Shown piece after piece: positions 17,879 to 23,325 of a stretch of DNA of 39,478 bases (within the stretch, counting starts at the first letter, position 1; every line of letters starts with the position of its first letter). Both the position numbers and the translations under genes were made by a program. Source of the DNA: an uncultured Candidatus Saccharimonadales bacterium (lineage in GTDB: Bacteria > Patescibacteriota > Saccharimonadia > UBA4664 > DATIHN01); assembly GCA_964474165.1 (NCBI GenBank), contig CAYYRL010000001.1:13854-53331 (forward strand), in the 5' to 3' direction. Under the pieces are notes generated by a model. That model worked only from the letters and a program-made list of their open reading frames with translations. It was not told the DNA's origin and searched no databases.

Positions 17879-19201
17879 ATGAAAGTTGCGATTCTCGGTT
17901 ATGGTGTTGAGGGGCGAGAGGCTTATATCTGGTGGGGAAAGAAGAATGGTCACGACTGTACCATTTTTGATGAAAATCCAGACCTTGAAGTTCCAGAAGG
18001 GGTAAAACTGGTATCAGGTTCAGACTGGAAACTTGATGGATATGACCTGTTGGTTAGGTCTCCAGGAATTCGCCCAGATCGCTTACCTGAGGGGGCCAAT
18101 GTTACTTCAGTCATGAAAGAATTTATGGCCAAATGCCCAGCTCCTATAATTGGAGTCACGGGCACCAAGGGGAAGGGTACAACTTGTTCGCTTATATTCT
18201 ATATGCTAAGGGAAGCTGGCAAATGTCCCCATATCGGTGGCAATATTGGTTATCCGCCGCTATTGTTCCTGGAAGAAGTCTGGCCCACTGACTATGTGGT
18301 ACTGGAGTTATCAAGTTTCCAACTGATGGATTTAACCCAGAGTCCCCAGGTGGCAGTTTGTCTGATGATTGTGCCAGAACACTTGAATTGGCACCCAGGA
18401 ATGGGGGAATATACCGAAGCTAAGGCCAATATCTTCAAATTCCAGTCAAAAACTGATAAGGCGGTTTTTAATGCCAAAAATCAATACTCTAAGCAAATCG
18501 CCCAGCTCTCGAAGGGAGCCAAGATTCCTTATCTGGACAAGGGAGGGGCATGGGTAGACGGTGAGGTTATAAGGTACGGCAAGCAGGAGGTTTGTAAAGT
18601 TTCTGATGTCGCCCTCCTGGGTCCCCACAACCTCGAGAATATTTGTGCAGCCATAACCGCTGTTTGGGATATAATTGGTGATCCAGAGCCCATCAGAAAG
18701 GCCATAAGCGGTTTCACAGGACTGGAGCATCGTTTGGAGTTGGTGGTGGAAACTGACGGCGTGAGGTATTACAATGACTCATTTTCGACTACACCGGAAA
18801 CGGCCATTGCCGCCATCCAGGCTTTTAATGAGCCAAAGGTGTTAATTCTGGGCGGATCAGATAAGGGATCTGATTATACCGCTCTAGCGGCTGAGGTGGC
18901 CGATGCCAATATCAAACAGGTGATTCTGATCGGCGATAGCGGCAACTCTAAGCACAGCTCGGCCTCGCCTAAGCTGGCCGAGTCCTTAAAGGTCCAGGGC
19001 GTTAAGAACGTGAAGTCCCTGGTTCGCAGTGGCGGTGCCACCATGGACGAGGTAGTCGAGCAGGCAGCTAAGCTAGCCAAAGCTGGCGACGTGGTCCTAC
19101 TAAGTCCAGCCTGTGCCAGCTTTGATATGTTTACAGGTTACAAGCAGCGCGGCGAACAGTTTAGGCAAGCTGTTGCAAAACTCGCTGCAATTGAGCAATA
19201 A
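17879..19201 (+). CDS. murD: UDP-N-acetylmuramoyl-L-alanine--D-glutamate ligase
   Basis: Mur ligase P-loop GVTGTKGKGTT, and MurD-like N-terminal Rossmann domain and C-terminal domain. Confidence 0.9.
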   Translation: MKVAILGYGVEGREAYIWWGKKNGHDCTIFDENPDLEVPEGVKLVSGSDWKLDGYDLLVRSPGIRPDRLPEGANVTSVMKEFMAKCPAPIIGVTGTKGKGTTCSLIFYMLREAGKCPHIGGNIGYPPLLFLEEVWPTDYVVLELSSFQLMDLTQSPQVAVCLMIVPEHLNWHPGMGEYTEAKANIFKFQSKTDKAVFNAKNQYSKQIAQLSKGAKIPYLDKGGAWVDGEVIRYGKQEVCKVSDVALLGPHNLENICAAITAVWDIIGDPEPIRKAISGFTGLEHRLELVVETDGVRYYNDSFSTTPETAIAAIQAFNEPKVLILGGSDKGSDYTALAAEVADANIKQVILIGDSGNSKHSSASPKLAESLKVQGVKNVKSLVRSGGATMDEVVEQAAKLAKAGDVVLLSPACASFDMFTGYKQRGEQFRQAVAKLAAIEQ

Positions 19202-19817
19202 CCGGCTCCTCCGGTTGAAGAACCAGCGCCCGATCACCAGCAATAGCCCTGATAAGCTCTTCAATCCAGTGATAGTGGGTGCAACCCAGAACTATGACAT
19301 CGGCTTTTTGATCTAGAGCGGCTTCAAGCCGCTGTTTGATGTGACCTTGGTCAATTTGGTTATTTTCTATCATCATCGCCCAATCACTACAGTCAGGCTC
19401 TAATACTAAGACACCCCCAGCATAAGCCTGTTTCAGTTGTTGGTAGCGCTGGCTCCTTAAGGTATTCGGAGTCGCACAGACGGCAATTACCCCGGTTTTG
19501 GTTAGGTCAGCTGCCGGCTTAACCATTGGTTCCATACCTACCAGCGGCACCGACAACTGGGGTCGCAATTGGTCAATCAAGTTGGTTGTGACAGTGTTGC
19601 AGGCGATTACAATTATCTGGCAGCCCTGGGCTTCAAGTTCTAAAAGTTTTGGTAAAACCCAGTTTACAATATGATCTAACGGTTTATTACCATAGGGTAA
19701 ATGCTTTTTGTCAGCAATATAAACCACCCGGGTTCCAGGTAGAGCTGCCTTAATAGCACTGACAACGGCTTCACCGCCAACACCGGAGTCAAAAACGCCA
19801 ATAGTAGGACTAGTCAT
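19161..19817 (-). CDS. murI: Glutamate racemase
   Basis: GVFDSGVGG, IACNT and LGCTHY motifs with the two catalytic Cys. ATG 19817 is preferred because TACAAT lies 6 nt upstream; the track start is 19835. The 3' end overlaps murD by 41 nt. Confidence 0.9.
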   Translation of the reverse strand: MTSPTIGVFDSGVGGEAVVSAIKAALPGTRVVYIADKKHLPYGNKPLDHIVNWVLPKLLELEAQGCQIIVIACNTVTTNLIDQLRPQLSVPLVGMEPMVKPAADLTKTGVIAVCATPNTLRSQRYQQLKQAYAGGVLVLEPDCSDWAMMIENNQIDQGHIKQRLEAALDQKADVIVLGCTHYHWIEELIRAIAGDRALVLQPEEPVIAQLQRVLQQLA

Positions 19818-19823
19818 GCTGAT

Positions 19824-19829
19824 ATTGTA
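19824..19829 (-). promoter_or_regulatory. -10 box placed for a leaderless murI mRNA
   Basis: The minus strand reads TACAAT, then 6 nt (atcagc), then ATG (19817). Confidence 0.4.
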
Positions 19830-19906
19830 GCCCATAACAAAAAATAGACAGCGTTGTGATAACTAACAATTAAGCTAGTTATGTTTATAAATTACCACAA
19901 AAAACA

Positions 19907-19935
19907 TTGACAAATTTGTCATATAGTGATATGTT
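19907..19935 (+). promoter_or_regulatory. Near-consensus rightward promoter overlapped by a perfect 14-bp palindrome
   Basis: TTGACA (19907-19912), a 17-nt spacer, then TATGTT (19930-19935). The palindrome tgacaaatttgtca (19908-19921) covers the -35 box and may be an operator. The promoter points into the inverted-repeat-bounded island. Confidence 0.5.
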
Positions 19936-20019
19936 GGGTTATCACCCTAATCAGGGCGTTATCTGTGAGGCGGCTTTATAGCACGTTTACGGGTTCGCCG
20001 TGGCTAGGCGGCCCTTGAT

Positions 20020-20045
20020 AGCTGAATAGTCAAAGGTCTATTAAG
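20020..20045. repeat. Left arm of the inverted repeat bounding the GC-rich island
   Basis: agctgaatagtcaaag-gtct-attaag. The 16-nt and 6-nt blocks are exact reverse complements of 23213-23228 and 23204-23209. The arm overlaps the local hairpin aggtct-atta-agacct (20034-20049). Confidence 0.85.
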
Positions 20046-20301
20046 ACCTAAACCAAAAACTTAAATGCTCTTTGTGGGCAAGGTTCTGCATGCTGCTGTC
20101 TGCCGCCCAGGCAGCGCATGTAGGCCCTTGCTCATTAGAGCAATACAGTTTGTGCATCTCCGCGTGGGGCTGTACAACCGAGATCTCGCTCGCCCAATGG
20201 GCGAATGGCATGCAAATGCTAAACGCCCGGCGAGAGGGCGACATCACCGGAAACAGTCCAGACCCATCTTCGGACGGGTCTACAACACACTGGAGAGCTG
20301 T

Positions 20302-21135
20302 ATGGGCAAACGCAAGATAACTGCCCATCTGGCTGAAGAACTCGGTACCATTCCTGAAACCCTGTATGAAATGACGGGGAAGAAGGACGGCCAGTTCATT
20401 GACGAAGAGAAGCTGAAAGAGCTCTTCGCTCACTACAGCCACGATGAGGCAGAAGTCAGGCGCGACCCAATCCAGGACTTTCAGACCTGGTGGGTCGATC
20501 ACGTCAAGTTCGTCGGCAAGTTCAGGCGTCTGCGTCGGTACCGCAAGCGAGTTTTGAGCCGGGGCCAGATGGTTCCGATCATGCTCGTGAAGTACCGCAC
20601 ACCGACCGGCCATGAGCGGCTGATGCAGGAGAAGACGGTGGCGACCCGCATGAAAGTGGGGTTGTTGCCATACTACCTCTTGGGCAAGGACTTGGAGGAA
20701 GCGGGAATCAACTTGATTTCCGAATTCCCCAAGGCCCCAACCCTCGAGACCACCTGTTTCGTCTGTGACGAGCCGCTGTTTCGGCGGCAAGGCGACTTGT
20801 ATTCGCACTTGCGCGATGTACTGGAAGCGGTCTTGACCGGCAAGGTCGAGCCCGCCAGAGTCAACTTCAAACGCCAGCACCAAGAGTGTTGGCAGGCAAC
20901 CAAAATCCGGGAACGGATTGAGGGGGCAGAAGCAGAAGTCATCGCTGAGCTGCGAATGAGTGGTGGTAAGAGAAATCCGGTGGCCGAGGCGCAAGCCCTG
21001 GCCGCTGAAAAGATTCGCTTGCAAAAGCGAGTCGATGGTTTCTTGGCCCACCTGCGTCGCATCAAGGTGGTTCCCGCCAGCCGCATTCAACTGTTCGAGC
21101 AGCAATTTGCTGCCGCTCTCGAAGGGATCAAGTAA
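20302..21135 (+). CDS. Island ORF-A: basic hypothetical protein (277 aa) with an N-terminal helix-turn-helix-like segment
   Basis: GGAG lies 6 nt upstream of ATG 20302. ITAHLAEELGTIPETLYEM resembles an HTH. The C-terminal part is a charged, coiled-coil-like region. The frame is open from 20065, but that extension has no SD and is low-complexity. Confidence 0.6.
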   Translation: MGKRKITAHLAEELGTIPETLYEMTGKKDGQFIDEEKLKELFAHYSHDEAEVRRDPIQDFQTWWVDHVKFVGKFRRLRRYRKRVLSRGQMVPIMLVKYRTPTGHERLMQEKTVATRMKVGLLPYYLLGKDLEEAGINLISEFPKAPTLETTCFVCDEPLFRRQGDLYSHLRDVLEAVLTGKVEPARVNFKRQHQECWQATKIRERIEGAEAEVIAELRMSGGKRNPVAEAQALAAEKIRLQKRVDGFLAHLRRIKVVPASRIQLFEQQFAAALEGIK

Positions 21136-21136
21136 C

Positions 21137-21679
21137 ATGGCCGGACCGATTTTCGACCCGACGGGCGGGGCCGGTGGGGGAGACCTCATCGACGAAGCCG
21201 TCATCGTGGACGAAGACGAAGCGGGCCTCGAGCCCGTAGACGACTACACCGACGACGACCCGATCCTGGCCCGAGGCCGGGACCTGCTCCGGCAGGACGA
21301 GCGCAAGACCAAGGACCTGCCGGCTCGTTTGCGCGGACTGCAGGCCTACATGGAGGACAACAAGCTTTCCAGTGCGGACCTCGCTGAGGTTCTGGCTGGT
21401 GAGACGGTGGAAGAGAAGGTCGTGCTTCCCGGCATCCCCAAGGACGCCGAGATCATCGACTACACGGAAACCTACGCGGTGGCGATGGACGCGAATCGTC
21501 CACGTCTCTACCACAAGGGTGCCACCACCTACATCGGAACCGAGACGCGGTGGTCAAGTCGAGCCGCTTTCGAGCGTGACTACGACAAGGCCGACCACAT
21601 TCTCGACGAGCTGGCCGAGCGCAAGCGCGGCAAGAGCAAGGGTGGCGGCTCGGGACTGCTCAGCCGGCTCCGGCGCTAG
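21137..21679 (+). CDS. Island ORF-B: hypothetical protein (180 aa) with an acidic N-terminus and a basic tail
   Basis: The ATG lies 1 nt after the ORF-A stop (taacatg). The N-terminus is DLIDEAVIVDEDEAGLEPVDDYTDDD and the C-terminus is KRGKSKGGGSGLLSRLRR. GC3-rich codons. Confidence 0.6.
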   Translation: MAGPIFDPTGGAGGGDLIDEAVIVDEDEAGLEPVDDYTDDDPILARGRDLLRQDERKTKDLPARLRGLQAYMEDNKLSSADLAEVLAGETVEEKVVLPGIPKDAEIIDYTETYAVAMDANRPRLYHKGATTYIGTETRWSSRAAFERDYDKADHILDELAERKRGKSKGGGSGLLSRLRR

Positions 21680-21687
21680 CCGGAGCC
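21666..21687 (+). other. Perfect 9-bp GC-rich stem-loop spanning the ORF-B stop codon
   Basis: ggctccggc-gcta-gccggagcc. There is no T-tract. It lies 25 nt upstream of the ORF-C ATG. Confidence 0.6.
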
Positions 21688-21712
21688 CAGACCCCTCGAA
21701 GGGAGGGAAGCA

Positions 21713-23110
21713 ATGAACTGGTTCCTTACCCTGATGTTAGTCGGTCTGGTGGCGGGAGTTTTCCTTGCCCTCTGGTTGACTGGCTTCCGGGTCATTGCAC
21801 CGCTGGCAGCCATCTTCGTGGCTGTGCTCTACCTGCACTGGTTCGGACACAGCATGAGCTGGTTCGGACGCGAACCGTGGGCGCCTTGGTGGCTGGTGGT
21901 GGTTTCGTTGGTCCTACTGATCATCGTCACCATCATCACGCTGCTGGCACCCGCGACTTGGACCGGACTCGGATTACTGACGGTGATCGCCATGGTCATC
22001 ATCGGCGTCTTGCTTCTGGCTTCGACGACCAACGATGACAAGGATCACCCGCAGAAGACTGCCACGGATGGCACCACCACGACGACCACAACCACCCAGC
22101 CCAAGAACACCACCAAGGTGCCAACGCTCAAGGGCTACGAGCTGCACTACTACTCCTCGGACCCCGGTGTGCCGGGCGGGTACTTCGGTCCCGCCTGTGT
22201 ACCCCACGGAAACGCGGACAAGTGCAAGCGAGACATCCTGGAGCGCGTCAAGCACGACCCGATGCTCTGCTCGGTCATGCTGCGCAATTTCAACGTGTTG
22301 AAGGGAGTTCCCGACAAGCCGGTGCGCATGCCCGGTGAGTCGGCGGCCGACTATGCCGGCCGGTTGAACGACTGGAACACTCAGGTGGAGAACGCCCGAA
22401 AAGCCACGGCCAGCAAGCTCGCGAAGAGCGCAGCACGCCGTAAGCAGTGTGCGGCCAAGGTCGCATTCGGGTTCGATACCATGCAGGGTTTCCACATTGA
22501 GGCCCTGCACGGACGGTTCTACACCGAGTTCACCGACGACAACCACAACGTCACCCAGACGTCGAAGGAAATGGATCCGTCCAAGAACTTCGCCATCGTG
22601 GCTACGACGCCCGATGGTGTGGTGCACTACATCAAGGTGGACTGCGGCCATCAGACGGTTTCGAAGGCGCCGATCCCTGGGGTTCCACCCCAGACGCCGC
22701 CTCCACCGCCGCCACCACCCAAGAAGCCACCGCCGCCTCCGCCGCCGCCGGTGCACCACAAGTGTCAGGACCACCCGTGGCCTGAGATCTGTGGGACGCC
22801 GAACAGCGGTCCGGAGCAGCAAGGTGTGCAGGAGCACAAGCAGAAGCCGACTCCGGGGTACAAGAGAGGCGACTACGAGCAGACGGTTCAGGCTCAAAAG
22901 CCACCGGCTGACAAGTACAAGCCAAATCCCCAGTACGGCAGTAACCCACCGGAGGGTCAGCACTCTCCACCGGGTGGCTCCGGCAATCCCTCGGATCCCA
23001 CGGGAACCAACGGCGGGGTCGAAAACCCCAAGCCCAATCCCAATCCGGGTCCACCGGTGTCAACACCACCGCCCAACGGCTGTTGGGACGATCCCACTTT
23101 GTGTGGGTAA
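21713..23110 (+). CDS. Island ORF-C: polytopic membrane protein (465 aa) with Thr8 linker, Cys-containing domain, P8-KK-P8 tract and P/G/N-rich tail
   Basis: GGAGG lies 6 nt upstream of the ATG. Four hydrophobic segments occupy the first ~105 aa. TTTTTTTT follows, and PPPPPPPPKKPPPPPPPP is encoded at nt 22697-22750. All nine Cys lie after the TM region. The protein ends ...NGCWDDPTLCG. Confidence 0.7.
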   Translation: MNWFLTLMLVGLVAGVFLALWLTGFRVIAPLAAIFVAVLYLHWFGHSMSWFGREPWAPWWLVVVSLVLLIIVTIITLLAPATWTGLGLLTVIAMVIIGVLLLASTTNDDKDHPQKTATDGTTTTTTTTQPKNTTKVPTLKGYELHYYSSDPGVPGGYFGPACVPHGNADKCKRDILERVKHDPMLCSVMLRNFNVLKGVPDKPVRMPGESAADYAGRLNDWNTQVENARKATASKLAKSAARRKQCAAKVAFGFDTMQGFHIEALHGRFYTEFTDDNHNVTQTSKEMDPSKNFAIVATTPDGVVHYIKVDCGHQTVSKAPIPGVPPQTPPPPPPPPKKPPPPPPPPVHHKCQDHPWPEICGTPNSGPEQQGVQEHKQKPTPGYKRGDYEQTVQAQKPPADKYKPNPQYGSNPPEGQHSPPGGSGNPSDPTGTNGGVENPKPNPNPGPPVSTPPPNGCWDDPTLCG

Positions 23111-23154
23111 CTGACACCAAGCTTTCACTCGATTTCGAGTGGGGGCGCGACGGG

Positions 23155-23192
23155 GGGACCGACCTTGAGCTCACAGAGCTCGGGTCGGCCCC
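23155..23192 (+). terminator. Long GC-rich stem-loop just inside the right inverted-repeat arm (candidate island terminator)
   Basis: gggaccgacc..gagct-cacag-agctc..ggtcggcccc, about 14 pairs with one mismatch. No T-tract follows, which is a high-GC-organism style. A smaller hairpin cactc-gatttc-gagtg lies at 23126-23141. Confidence 0.45.
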
Positions 23193-23203
23193 TCGCCGCC
23201 ACA

Positions 23204-23228
23204 CTTAATGATCTTTGACTATTCAGCT
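23204..23228. repeat. Right arm of the inverted repeat bounding the GC-rich island
   Basis: cttaat-gat-ctttgactattcagct is the reverse complement of the left arm, except for the 3-4 nt core. Confidence 0.85.
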
Positions 23229-23248
23229 GCCGGGCGCGGAAGCGTTCC

Positions 23249-23277
23249 TTGACAGTATTCACCCGTTTGCCATTAAA
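23249..23277 (+). promoter_or_regulatory. Candidate promoter of the LPXTG surface-protein gene
   Basis: TTGACA (23249-23254), a 16-17 nt spacer, then a weak -10 CATTAA/ATTAAA (23271-23277). Confidence 0.35.
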
Positions 23278-23325
23278 CAATTAAGTTCTTTTCACGGCTC
23301 TTTATGGGCCAAGAAGGAGATATAT

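Larger units (their letters stand above)
20020..23228 (+). mobile_element. Composition-shifted three-gene island bracketed by inverted repeats (putative non-autonomous mobile or horizontally acquired element)
   Basis: Inverted-repeat arms lie at both edges. Hand-counted G+C is 37/60 (21181-21240) and 45/60 (22681-22740), against 29/60 in the flanking gene (23401-23460). Codons are G/C-ending. The island has its own SDs and its own terminator. No recombinase is present. Confidence 0.5.

Noticed and set aside
19985-20020. gggttcgccg resembling a tRNA T-arm next to the island boundary (possible tRNA-derived att site)
   Set aside because: - No 7-bp acceptor stem, D-arm or anticodon arm can be built around it.
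- The T-stem halves are not complementary.
20190-20240. Four alternating complementary 5-6-mers (tcgccc / gggcga / cgccc / gggcg) resembling an attenuator with mutually exclusive hairpins
   Set aside because: - The stems are only 5-6 bp and one loop has just 3 nt.
- Such GC-rich complementarities arise easily by chance in GC-rich DNA.
- There is no leader peptide and no T-tract.
20065-20301. 79-codon N-terminal extension of ORF-A from ATG 20065 (the ORF-track start)
   Set aside because: - No SD precedes ATG 20065 (aaaccaaaaacttaaATG).
- The extension is Arg/His-rich with no protein-like pattern.
- ATG 20302 has GGAG at ideal spacing.
- I treat the region as a leader, but it is not excluded as coding.
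20041-21204. 387-aa minus-strand ORF covering all of island ORF-A
   Set aside because: - It lies in GC-rich DNA, where long antisense shadow ORFs are expected.
- Its sequence is low-complexity (Pro/Leu/Gln/Ala-rich) and has no SD.
- The plus frame has a good SD, G-rich first codon positions, G/C-rich third positions and a normal charged protein composition.
- A codon-periodicity test would settle the question.
21974-23204. Long alternative-frame ORFs over the Pro-rich part of ORF-C (21974-22963 minus, 22449-23114 plus, 22632-23204 minus)
   Set aside because: - They are Arg-, Pro- and Ser-rich translations typical of out-of-frame or antisense reading of CCG/CCA-rich coding DNA.
- They lack SD sequences and overlap a better-supported gene.
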